A stretch of DNA of 32,000 nt from Sediminihaliea albiluteola (GTDB taxonomy: Bacteria; Pseudomonadota; Gammaproteobacteria; Pseudomonadales; Halieaceae), in the NCBI RefSeq assembly GCF_014077625.1, contig NZ_JACFXU010000017.1:183284-215283 (forward strand), in the 5' to 3' direction. Numbering within the stretch: the first letter of the stretch is position 1; the number at the start of each line of letters is the position of its first letter. The notes beneath the pieces were generated by a model. The model had not been told where the DNA came from. It saw only the letters and a list, made by a program, of their open reading frames with translations, and searched no databases. Position numbers and translations under genes: made by a program. This document shows positions 10,477-18,985 of this stretch, piece after piece.

Positions 10477-11150
10477 GTCGTACTTGGTTTGTAACAGGCA
10501 CTGATACCGAGGTAGGAAAAACTGCAATTAGCTGTGCGCTCCTGCATGCCGCCGCCGCGCGTGGCTTGCGAACCGCGGCCCTGAAGCCGGTGGCAGCGGG
10601 TTGCGATGAGCAGGGTCACAATGAGGATGCACTCGCCCTGCAGGCTGCGATGACAGAGCCCTTAAGTTATTTACAGGTCAACCCAGTGGCGCTGCAGCCG
10701 GCGCTGGCTCCGCATATCGCTGCAGCACAAGTGGGTAAGCGCCTGCAAGCTTCTCGCTTAGCGGGGCTGTGCCGCGGAGTTATGAACAGTGGCGCTGAGT
10801 TTGTGCTGATTGAAGGTGCGGGGGGCTGGCGAGTGCCTTTGAGCGAGCGTGAAACGCTGGCTGATCTAGCGCAGCAGCTGCAGGTGGGCGTCATTATGGT
10901 GGTTGCTATGCGCTTGGGTTGCATCAATCACGCCCTGTTAACTGCTGAGGCTATTGCCCGTGATGGTTTGCAGCTAGCTGGCTGGGTAGCGAACCAGCCA
11001 GGACAGCGTATGGCCTGTCACGAAGAAAACCTCAGGACTTTACAACAACATTTATCAGCTCCCCTGCTAGCTGAAGTTCCTCAGCTATCCCCCTACTCGC
11101 CAGAGCGAGCAGCGACTTACCTCGATATACAGCCGCTTATAGGTTCGTGA
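10473..11150 (+). CDS. bioD: Dethiobiotin synthetase
   Basis: 225 aa with N-terminal P-loop FVTGTDTEVGKT and EGAGGW. There is a 4-bp overlap with the upstream frame. Confidence 0.9.
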   Translation: MSRTWFVTGTDTEVGKTAISCALLHAAAARGLRTAALKPVAAGCDEQGHNEDALALQAAMTEPLSYLQVNPVALQPALAPHIAAAQVGKRLQASRLAGLCRGVMNSGAEFVLIEGAGGWRVPLSERETLADLAQQLQVGVIMVVAMRLGCINHALLTAEAIARDGLQLAGWVANQPGQRMACHEENLRTLQQHLSAPLLAEVPQLSPYSPERAATYLDIQPLIGS

Positions 11151-11361
11151 GTACTCACTGTCAGGCCTCATTTTGAAGCTTTGATATAACTCAACTGAGT
11201 TTTACTGCTGCTCTAAGGCCTAAAAAGTTATTTGACATTGCTGGTGATATACGCAGAATGTGAACACCGAACACATAGGCCGATATTGCTACCCACTGCG
11301 AGTGCTGCTCACGGCAGTCGCTTCGGTCTCCGCTACCAGAACCTGACGAGAGGTTAATCGA

Positions 11362-13158
11362 ATGCCTGAGTACAAGGCCCCACTGCGGGATATCAGTTTT
11401 GTGATGAATGAGCTGCTTGAATCAGAGCAGCTCTACCAGACGCTGCCGGGCTTCGAAGAGGCCACCGCAGACTTAATGAATGCCATTGTGGAAGAGGGCG
11501 CTAAGTTTGCTGAAAACGTGCTCTCGCCACTGAACCAGAGCGGTGATGAAGAAGGCTGTCAGTGGTCACCTGAGGGTGTAAAGACCCCCAGTGGCTTCGT
11601 TGAAGCTTATCAGCAGTATGTCGATAATGGCTGGCCGGCGCTCTCTGCTGACGCAGAATACGGTGGCCAGGGCATGCCAGACTTCCTCGGTAGCATCATC
11701 AGTGAAATGATCGGCACGGCGAACTGGTCCTGGAGCATGTACCCGGGCTTGAGCCACGGTGCTATCAACACACTTGAGGCGCACGGTGACGAGCAGCAAA
11801 AGCAGCTCTACCTGACCCGCTTAGTCGAGGGCAGCTGGACCGGCACCATGTGCTTGACCGAGGCGCACTGTGGCTCTGACCTAGGTCTGCTGCGCACTAA
11901 GGCCGAACCACTTGATGATGGTAGCTACGCCATTAGCGGCACCAAGATCTTTATCAGTGCCGGTGAGCACGATATGGCTGAAAACATTGTCCACATCGTA
12001 TTGGCTCGCCTACCGGATGCCCCAGAGGGTACCAAAGGTATTTCGCTGTTTATCGTGCCCAAATTCAATGTCAATGAAGACGGCAGCCTCCTCGGTGAGC
12101 GCAACAGCTTAGAGTGTGCCTCCATCGAGAAGAAGATGGGTATCAAGGCATCTGCGACCTGTGTGATGAACTTCGATGCTGCTAAAGGCTATCTGATTGG
12201 CCCGCCAAACCGCGGCCTAAACTGCATGTTCACCTTTATGAATACCGCCCGTATCGGCACAGCGATTCAGGGTTTGGCACACGCAGAGTTGTCTTATCAG
12301 GGGGCTTTGGCTTACGCCCGTGATCGTCTTTCAATGCGCAGCCTTAGCGGGCCTAAAAATCCCGATGGGCCAGCAGATCCGCTGATCGTGCACGCTGATG
12401 TGCGGCGCATGTTGTTGACCCAAAAAGCCTTTGCCGAAGGAAGTCGAGCCTTAATTTACTTCTTGGCCCAGCAAGGCGATATCGTTGTTGCTGGAGATGA
12501 AGAGCGCGCTAAAGCAGCCGATGATCTGATGGCTCTGCTGACACCAATTGCCAAAGCTTTTATTACCGAAACCGGCTTTGAGTCCGCTAACCACGGCGTG
12601 CAGATTTTTGGCGGTCACGGCTACATTCGTGAGTGGGGCATGGAGCAAATTGTGCGTGATGCGCGGATTGCCATGCTCTATGAGGGCACTACTGGTATTC
12701 AGGCTTTAGACCTAGTCGGGCGCAAAGTGCTGGGCTCCGGCGGGCAATTGCTGTTGGGCTTTACCAAGCTCATCGAGGAGTTCTGCGCTGCCAATAGCAG
12801 TGAAGCTGATGCGTCTTTCATTAAGGTGTTGGAAGCTTATAAAGATGAGTGGCTTGAGATATCGATGAAGATCGGTGAAGCAGCGATGAAAAACCCTGAT
12901 GAAGCAGGCGCGGCTGCGGTGGACTATTTGATGTACAGCGGTTATGTCACTTTGGCCTACTTCTGGGCGCGAATGGCGGTTCTGGCGCGTCAAAAAATTG
13001 CGGCCGCCGACGGTGATGCCTCGTTTTATGAAGCTAAGCTGATGACGGCACAGTTCTATTACGACCGCTTGCTGCCGCGCACTGTGGCGCACAAGCAGGC
13101 CCTGTTGTCAGGCTCTGATAACTTAATGCAGATGCCAGACGAGCTCTTCGACTTCTAA
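11362..13158 (+). CDS. Long-type acyl-CoA dehydrogenase (FadE-like, ~600-aa class)
   Basis: 598 aa. The N-terminus MPEYKAPLRDISFVMNELL is typical of the Pseudomonas FadE1/FadE2-type family. It has an ACAD middle and C-terminal region (TEAHCGSDLG, IFGGHGYIREWGMEQIVRDARIAMLYEGTTGIQALDL) plus a C-terminal extension domain. Confidence 0.85.
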   Translation: MPEYKAPLRDISFVMNELLESEQLYQTLPGFEEATADLMNAIVEEGAKFAENVLSPLNQSGDEEGCQWSPEGVKTPSGFVEAYQQYVDNGWPALSADAEYGGQGMPDFLGSIISEMIGTANWSWSMYPGLSHGAINTLEAHGDEQQKQLYLTRLVEGSWTGTMCLTEAHCGSDLGLLRTKAEPLDDGSYAISGTKIFISAGEHDMAENIVHIVLARLPDAPEGTKGISLFIVPKFNVNEDGSLLGERNSLECASIEKKMGIKASATCVMNFDAAKGYLIGPPNRGLNCMFTFMNTARIGTAIQGLAHAELSYQGALAYARDRLSMRSLSGPKNPDGPADPLIVHADVRRMLLTQKAFAEGSRALIYFLAQQGDIVVAGDEERAKAADDLMALLTPIAKAFITETGFESANHGVQIFGGHGYIREWGMEQIVRDARIAMLYEGTTGIQALDLVGRKVLGSGGQLLLGFTKLIEEFCAANSSEADASFIKVLEAYKDEWLEISMKIGEAAMKNPDEAGAAAVDYLMYSGYVTLAYFWARMAVLARQKIAAADGDASFYEAKLMTAQFYYDRLLPRTVAHKQALLSGSDNLMQMPDELFDF

Positions 13159-13242
13159 GCGAAGACGAACAGAACAAGCGCTGCGGGGTGACTTCCGCGG
13201 TGGAAGAGGGGACAATACTTATATAAGTGGAGTCCCCTTGTT

Positions 13243-13482
13243 ATGTCTAATAAGCAAAAAACTGACACGCCATCCAGCGCCAGCTCCGCCAAGGCTAAAG
13301 ACCCCGAAAACCGTCTTTATCCCGAGGATCAGGCCAAAGTTGATGCTTTTCTCAGTAGTGGTGTTAACTCGGTAGAGCGCAAACCTTTCAGGCCGCTGCG
13401 CCTATTGTTAGTGCTGATAGCCATTGTGATAGGGATCAGCTTTTTTAGCCAACAGCTGCCCCGCTGGGCGGGTATCTATTAA
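13243..13482 (+). CDS. Small membrane protein (one C-terminal TM helix)
   Basis: 79-aa ORF with a hydrophilic N-terminus and the TM segment LRLLLVLIAIVIGISFF. It may belong to a small conserved DUF family, but I cannot confirm that without a search. Confidence 0.5.
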   Translation: MSNKQKTDTPSSASSAKAKDPENRLYPEDQAKVDAFLSSGVNSVERKPFRPLRLLLVLIAIVIGISFFSQQLPRWAGIY

Positions 13483-14489
13483 TCCAATGCCTGTTTAACC
13501 TGGTGTAGTTGCTTAACAATGGCGTTTAGCGTCATATCGTCTCTACGTTTTGTGTCTTTACGCTTTTCAATAGCATCAAGTTGTTCTTTGGCGGCACTAG
13601 AGTCAGGTGCTAGCGCTAATACTTGACGATAAGTTTGCGCCGCGGCGGAATAGATACCCAGTAAACGCTGACAGTCTGCAAGTCCTAATAGTGCATCAGT
13701 ATCTTCGGGCTGTGCCTGCAGGATTTGCTTGTAACAATCGCCGGCCGCAGAATATTTTCCAAGGCTTAAATAGGCCTTAGCCAAGCTTTTACGTGCCGGC
13801 AGAAAGTTTTCTCTAATGCCTAGGGCATCCTGGAAATTAGCAATTGCTTGTTCAATGGCGCCCAAGTCGAGGTGACTTCTGCCCAGTTCGTAGTGTGCGT
13901 CAGCAGAAAGTGGCCGGAGCTGGATGGAGCGTTGATAGCTATTTATCGCATCCGAAAGTTCGCCTTGCTTACGCTGTACATTGCCTAGGTTGAACCAAGC
14001 ATCCGGGTCGCGTGGCTCGGCTTGTAACAGGCTGAGGTAGCATCGCTGGGCCTGCTCAGTATGCCCCAGTTTGGTATAAGCTGAGCCGAGGTTGTTGATG
14101 GCATCGCTGAAGTCGGGCTGTAGTTGCAGTGCTATACCGAGCTGCTCTATCGCCGCTTCTAGCTTGTTTTGCCGAATGAGGATAACTGCCAACAAGTTGT
14201 GTAGAGCCGGTTGCCCGCGGTGTAATCTGATCAGTTGGCTGGCATCGGCCTGTGCCGCATCAAGCTTGCCACTATGAAATAGTCGCATAATGCGCTCGAA
14301 GTCTTCACGGCTCAGTTGACTGCCGCCCCTTTCCTGCAAGGCTTTGAGTTCCTTGCGTGCTTTTTTGTTCTGCGGAAACTGCGCCAATATTTCACCGTAG
14401 AGGCGTTTAGCAGCTTCTATATCACCCTGCCGGGCAAGTTTTTTGGCTTGAGAAAGTTGTTGATCGGCTGAAAAGCTGCGCTGAGTCAT
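13479..14489 (-). CDS. Tetratricopeptide-repeat protein
   Basis: 336 aa with multiple 34-residue TPR units (for example AWFNLGNVQRKQGELSDAINSYQRSIQLRP and AHYELGRSHLDLGAIEQAIANFQDALGI). Confidence 0.75.
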   Translation of the reverse strand: MTQRSFSADQQLSQAKKLARQGDIEAAKRLYGEILAQFPQNKKARKELKALQERGGSQLSREDFERIMRLFHSGKLDAAQADASQLIRLHRGQPALHNLLAVILIRQNKLEAAIEQLGIALQLQPDFSDAINNLGSAYTKLGHTEQAQRCYLSLLQAEPRDPDAWFNLGNVQRKQGELSDAINSYQRSIQLRPLSADAHYELGRSHLDLGAIEQAIANFQDALGIRENFLPARKSLAKAYLSLGKYSAAGDCYKQILQAQPEDTDALLGLADCQRLLGIYSAAAQTYRQVLALAPDSSAAKEQLDAIEKRKDTKRRDDMTLNAIVKQLHQVKQALD

Positions 14490-14679
14490 AGTTTGCTAAG
14501 GGCTGGTGGACTAGGGCGCTAATGTAATCCTCTGCTGCAAATTAGTACAGGAAGTAGGCGGATGTTGGTTAATTTTTGGCCTAATAAGATACTGTTTTCT
14601 GGTAAGTAGGCTTCGCATAGTTAGGCGGGGATTGGTAAGGCTTAAGTGCTTTGCTATATTAGCGCGCCCTAAATGTACT

Positions 14680-14756
14680 CGGTGTGTAGCGCAGCCTGGT
14701 AGCGCACTTCCTTCGGGAGGAAGGGGTCGGAGGTTCGAATCCTCTCACACCGACCA
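14680..14756 (+). tRNA. tRNA-Pro (anticodon CGG)
   Basis: Manual cloverleaf. Acceptor CGGTGTG/CACACCG, D arm GCGC-AGCCTGGTA-GCGC, anticodon arm CTTCC-TTCGGGA-GGAAG (anticodon CGG), variable GGGTC, T arm GGAGG-TTCGAAT-CCTCT, discriminator A and encoded CCA. Confidence 0.9.
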
Positions 14757-14757
14757 A
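14743..14757 (+). repeat. attL core (direct repeat, copy 1)
   Basis: TCTCACACCGACCAA, identical to 31352-31366. It covers the 3' acceptor strand and CCA of tRNA-Pro. Confidence 0.75.
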
Positions 14758-14869
14758 AGCTCTGTCTGATCACGTCCAGACGCGTCCTTAAGTAATTGTT
14801 TTTCTTCAGCTTTTTCTGTTCAGCTCCGTACCATGATGTCCTGAGCGTCTCACTTCATACCGCTGCCGG

Positions 14870-14919
14870 TGACGGTACCGCTGACGGTATGAGTGGGTTC
14901 GCCGAGACTGATACCGTCA
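14870..14919. promoter_or_regulatory. Cluster of TGACGGTA repeats (candidate integrase/excisionase arm-type sites)
   Basis: TGACGGTA occurs at 14870-14877 (+), 14882-14889 (+) and as TACCGTCA at 14912-14919, just upstream of int. Further copies lie at 19290-19297 and 31279-31286. Confidence 0.4.
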
Positions 14920-14937
14920 TGGCGCAGGAGATACCCC

Positions 14938-16179
14938 ATGCACAAGCTGACAGCAACAGCGATTAAAAACGCCAAACCAGAAAGCAAACCACGCAAACTC
15001 GCCGATGGAGGCGGGCTGTACCTTCTCATTGACCCAAAAGGTCGTAAGTACTGGCGGTATGACTACCGCTATGTCAGTAAGCGAAAAACTCTGGCCCTGG
15101 GGGTGTACCCGGAAGTTACTCTGAAAGAGGCCCGGGAGGCACATTACGAAGCCCGGCGGCAGCTCGCCAAGGGTATCGATCCTGGAGAGGTCAGAAAGGT
15201 TGAAAAACAGACACGCCTCCTGGCTGCAGCAGACAGCTTCGAAGCGATTGGTCGTGAGTGGTTCAACCAGATCATGGATGGTAAGTCTGAAAGCTATCGA
15301 GTGCGCACTGGTCGTATTCTGGAGAAAGACCTATATCCGTACCTAGGTAATCGGCCTATTGCCAGTATCACGCCGCCAGAGATCCTTGGCGTCCTTCGGC
15401 GCATTGAGCGGCGGGGAGCGGTAGACATTGCTCATCGGGCCAAGCAGACGGCAGGTCTTATCTTCAGGTACGCAGTGGCAACCGGGCGGGCTGAGCGCGA
15501 CCCAACCGGAGACCTCAAAGGTGCATTGAAACCAAAGAATAAAAAACACCACGCTGCGATTACCGAGCCTGCTGAGGTAGGGCGCCTGTTGGTCGCCATA
15601 GATGACTTCCAGGGTACCGCAGTAGTCAGCGCTGCACTTCGCCTTTCCTGCCTGTTGTTTCAGCGGCCTGGTGAGATCCGGTCTATGGAGTGGGCAGAGG
15701 TTAACTGGGAGGCTCAACGCTGGGAGTTGCCCGCAGAGAAAATGAAAATGCGTCTCCCCCACATTGTGCCTCTCAGTCGTCAGGCCCTGGATATTCTGGG
15801 AGAGCTGCATCGGCTGACGGGTCGTGGACGTTACGTGTTTCCGAGTGCTCGCGGTGCCAGCCGTGCCATGTCGGACAACGCTGTGCGGACAGCGCTCCGG
15901 ACGATGGGCTACACCAATGACCAGATGACCGCTCACGGTTTCAGGGCCATGGCCCGCACTCTGCTGGATGAAGCCCTCGGGTTTAAGGTCGACTGGATCG
16001 AGCATCAACTGGCGCATGCTGTTAAAGACCCCAATGGGCGTGCCTATAACCGTACTTCCCATTTGGAGGGTCGTGTGGAGATGATGCAGTCTTGGGCTGA
16101 CTACCTGGATGAGCTCCATCTAAACGCCGAAGCCACTTCTGGAACTGGATCCAATCACGAGAAACTGGCAGCAACTTAG
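14938..16179 (+). CDS. int: Tyrosine recombinase/integrase, P4-like (DUF4102 N-terminal arm-binding domain)
   Basis: The preferred start is ATG 14938, with GGAG 8 nt upstream; the ORF track starts at 14893. The N-terminus LTATAIKNAKPESKPRKLADGGGLYLLIDPKGRKYWRYDYR is the P4-integrase signature. The catalytic region has RPGEIRSMEW, HGFRAMARTLL and AYNRTSHL. Confidence 0.9.
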   Translation: MHKLTATAIKNAKPESKPRKLADGGGLYLLIDPKGRKYWRYDYRYVSKRKTLALGVYPEVTLKEAREAHYEARRQLAKGIDPGEVRKVEKQTRLLAAADSFEAIGREWFNQIMDGKSESYRVRTGRILEKDLYPYLGNRPIASITPPEILGVLRRIERRGAVDIAHRAKQTAGLIFRYAVATGRAERDPTGDLKGALKPKNKKHHAAITEPAEVGRLLVAIDDFQGTAVVSAALRLSCLLFQRPGEIRSMEWAEVNWEAQRWELPAEKMKMRLPHIVPLSRQALDILGELHRLTGRGRYVFPSARGASRAMSDNAVRTALRTMGYTNDQMTAHGFRAMARTLLDEALGFKVDWIEHQLAHAVKDPNGRAYNRTSHLEGRVEMMQSWADYLDELHLNAEATSGTGSNHEKLAAT

Positions 16180-16342
16180 ATTGCTTCCGCACGCTTAGCA
16201 TAGTGTCCTCAGAGTTTCATAGATTTAATTTCAGCCAATAGGTTAATTATTTAAGAAAAGCATTATTAGATCCTACAAGATCCTCTGCATGGCGTTGGAA
16301 AGCGCCAGACGACGAACCTTTTAATTACCAGAGGATTTACTT

Positions 16343-16591
16343 ATGAAAGAACAGCAAAAACTTCACCGCCACACAGTTAATCGTGGCCCTCGTCTGATCC
16401 GCCTTCGTGAGGTACGAGATCTGACGGGACTTTCCCGGTCTTACATTTATGCCCTCGCGGCCGATGGTCGCTTCCCTAAGAGCGTTGCTCTGGTTCCTGG
16501 TGGTAGTTCTCGTGCTTGGGTCGAAGCCGAGGTGACTGCATGGCTACAACAACGGATCGCTGAACGCGACCAGGAGGTGGCTAATGCCTAA
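16343..16591 (+). CDS. alpA: AlpA-family transcriptional regulator / excisionase
   Basis: 82 aa. LIRLREVRDLTGLSRSYIYALAADGRFPKSVALVPGGSSRAWVEAEVTAWL matches the AlpA/MerR-like HTH_17 pattern. Confidence 0.85.
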   Translation: MKEQQKLHRHTVNRGPRLIRLREVRDLTGLSRSYIYALAADGRFPKSVALVPGGSSRAWVEAEVTAWLQQRIAERDQEVANA

Positions 16592-16913
16592 GCGCAGTGT
16601 AACCGTGCCACTGCCCAATTTGGTGCCAGAAGTGAGTGTCCCGCCCCACTTAGCGGTGCCGCTTACCCATTTAATTAATGCTGGTGTACAGGGTGCCACT
16701 ACTCTAGAGCTCCAGGCGGTAGGTTGCCTTCACCCGTCCAGGTCGGTTGCCAAACTGAAAATGCTTGGCGCCCTAATCGTCGCTGATCAAAGTGATGCAG
16801 TGGACGCTCAGGGCGCCTACCGCCGTCGCATTGCGCGATATGTATATCAGGGTTGGAGGCAAGAAAACGCTATAGCAGACAAAGACAGCGAAGACATTGA
16901 GGATCGAAAATGA
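16584..16913 (+). CDS. Winged-helix DNA-binding protein (HTH_39-like), hypothetical
   Basis: 109 aa. GATTLELQAVGCLHPSRSVAKLKMLGALI resembles the small wHTH proteins that precede primase genes in P4-like islands. It overlaps alpA by 8 nt and the downstream gene by 4 nt (ATGA). Confidence 0.5.
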   Translation: MPKRSVTVPLPNLVPEVSVPPHLAVPLTHLINAGVQGATTLELQAVGCLHPSRSVAKLKMLGALIVADQSDAVDAQGAYRRRIARYVYQGWRQENAIADKDSEDIEDRK

Positions 16914-18385
16914 TGCAAGACTTAGCAATAGAAGTTTGTATGAATACAGTAGCGCAGGAGAAGGAGGAGGCCATGGTCGCTGCCAGGCAATCGCATGGCC
17001 TCTCCAAAGTACAGCCAAGCAATGTTACTTCAACCGTTGCCACAAATCACCAGCAGCCTGCTCAAAGTGTCGGCCTGGACCCAAAACTCTTAGAGGATCC
17101 TGACCATTGCGTCGCTGAACTGAACAAGCAATACGCAGTAGTGAATGCGGGTGCACAAGTCCTCATCGCTGACGAGTTCAATGAAACACACCCTTTTCTT
17201 GCTTTGAGTGCCTTCCATGATCTCTTCGCCAATGTCAGGGTTCGAATTGACTCAAAAACGACGAAGCCGGTAACTAGACACTGGTTCACGCACCCCAATC
17301 GTCGGCAGTACAAGGCCGGTATGCGGTTCGATCCAGGGGGTGGTTCTTCCGTGGATTACTACAATCTCTGGAAGGGGTTTGGTGTTCAAGGTGATCCTCA
17401 TGCTTCGTGCCAGCGGTTCTTGGATCATGTGAAGACAGTGATCTGCGATGGAGATCAGGATTGTTATGACTATGTAATGGACTGGCTGGCGCTTACAGTT
17501 CAGCAGCCAGGGGTGCTTCCTGGTGTGGCAATTTGCCTGCTGTCAGGACAGGGTACAGGGAAGGGTATTTTTACCAATTACGTGGGCAAATTATTCGGCA
17601 AACATTTCAAGCACATCACGGACAGGGGGCAGCTGTTTGGGCGATTCACCGATCACCTTGATGATGCGCTGTTGATGTTCGCGGATGAGATGTACTGGAG
17701 TGGCAATAAGGAGGAAGCTGGCTTGCTGAAGGTCTTGATTACCGAAGAAAGCAGGTCGTCAGAGCGTAAATACGGGGCAACAATGCCCGTTAAAAACTGC
17801 GTTCACCTCATTATTGCCTCTAATGAAGATTGGGTGATTCCTGCTGAGTTGGACGACCGCCGCTTCTTCGTCATGAATGTGACGAACCAGCGCGTAGGTG
17901 ACTATAGATACTTCGACCGACTATCCGCAGAGATGCGTAATGGGGGGCCTGAAGCATTACTTGTTAACCTCCAGGCTAGGGATATTAGCTCATTTAATCC
18001 AAGTGACTTTCCTCGGACAGAGGCCCGGGTGTCACAGCAATTGGCGTCGCTAACCAATATTGAGCGATGGTTGTACGAACTGGCAGACACAGCTCAGTTG
18101 AAACTGGAGGATGAGGTGTTCGAGCCGCCTTGGCCGACGAAGGTACCGAAAGATACGTTGCATGCGGCATACTCAAGATGGCGGGGCGAGTCTCGAATAA
18201 CTGGTCCGGTAGAGGGCAAGGCCGCATTTACGAAGACATTGTTGAAATTCAGTTTTAAGACCAACAAGATGTCGATGCCTGGTAAGAAAGGTCGAGCTCA
18301 GGCCTATGTTCTACCACCTGTCGAAGATCTTCGCCAGGTGTTTGATGACATGCTGCGTTTTCCCTGCGACTGGCCGACCCTTTAG
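16910..18385 (+). CDS. DUF5906 / SF3-helicase-type replication protein (P4 alpha / D5-like C-terminal NTPase; no obvious primase domain)
   Basis: 491 aa with Walker A LLSGQGTGKGIF, Walker B LLMFADE and motif C IIASNE. It occupies the position of the primase-helicase in integrase-AlpA islands. Confidence 0.75.
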   Translation: MMQDLAIEVCMNTVAQEKEEAMVAARQSHGLSKVQPSNVTSTVATNHQQPAQSVGLDPKLLEDPDHCVAELNKQYAVVNAGAQVLIADEFNETHPFLALSAFHDLFANVRVRIDSKTTKPVTRHWFTHPNRRQYKAGMRFDPGGGSSVDYYNLWKGFGVQGDPHASCQRFLDHVKTVICDGDQDCYDYVMDWLALTVQQPGVLPGVAICLLSGQGTGKGIFTNYVGKLFGKHFKHITDRGQLFGRFTDHLDDALLMFADEMYWSGNKEEAGLLKVLITEESRSSERKYGATMPVKNCVHLIIASNEDWVIPAELDDRRFFVMNVTNQRVGDYRYFDRLSAEMRNGGPEALLVNLQARDISSFNPSDFPRTEARVSQQLASLTNIERWLYELADTAQLKLEDEVFEPPWPTKVPKDTLHAAYSRWRGESRITGPVEGKAAFTKTLLKFSFKTNKMSMPGKKGRAQAYVLPPVEDLRQVFDDMLRFPCDWPTL

Positions 18386-18780
18386 TGTTGTGCTGGGTGG
18401 CGCTGGACCATCAGTGTCCACGCCACCCTGTCTTACTTCAACAAAGTTGGACTCTCTCATCCCGCGTAGTTGCTGGTGATTGCCGAGCTGTCCAAGTTGT
18501 TGGGGTATTTTTGTTAAAGTTCTTCTTTCCTTCGGTGTGTATTGTATTCCAACTTTTAATTTGAGTTGGACAAGTGCGACAACCGTGCCTGACTCAGGGG
18601 GAACATGGTCTTAAGCTGTCCGTCTCGGTAAGTCGAGGGTGGACACGTTAGACACACAGGCTTTTAACTCCTACTCTGGTCGAATAAGCAACCTGTGAAA
18701 ACTCGCAGAGGCGTGCGCAGCGCAGTCCGCTGCGAACAAGTGATCCAGTGAGTTTAATGAAGTGTTCTGCTTTTTTAACT

Positions 18781-18985
18781 CGTTTTTCCCGGTAGGGTGC
18801 CTCCAGGGTCCTCGGTTGCGGGCGGTTTGTTCGGGGCCGTCGCCTCCGCTGCGCTACGGTGCCTTGCCCGAACAATCCCGTCCTCCCGGCACCCTGGGCG
18901 GCCCCTACCGTAGCGCAGGGGCAAGGGGGACCGGGCGTCAGCCCGCACGCCCCCGTAGGTCCGGAAGCTACGGGAGGGGCCATAG
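18781..18985. other. GC-rich, densely self-complementary non-coding element (possible structured RNA)
   Basis: By my count 18781-18980 is about 72% G+C (145 of 200), inside AT-richer intergenic DNA. Perfect complements are 18827-18835/18867-18875 (9 bp), 18849-18859/18908-18918 (11 bp), 18795-18801/18888-18894 (7 bp), 18933-18938/18947-18952 (6 bp) and 18952-18958/18968-18974 (7 bp). The overlapping ORFs are Pro/Arg/Gly-rich and look non-coding. Confidence 0.3.

Noticed and set aside
15343-16119. A 258-aa minus-strand ORF antisense to the integrase. Similar antisense or overlapping ORFs occur at 8266-8673, 12712-13092, 21737-22057, 22450-22791, 23368-23802, 29340-29812 and 29978-30529.
   Set aside because: All lie fully inside strongly supported genes on the other strand. 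Their products are low-complexity or Arg/Pro/Ser-rich with no recognisable motifs. They are typical shadow ORFs of moderately GC-rich coding DNA.
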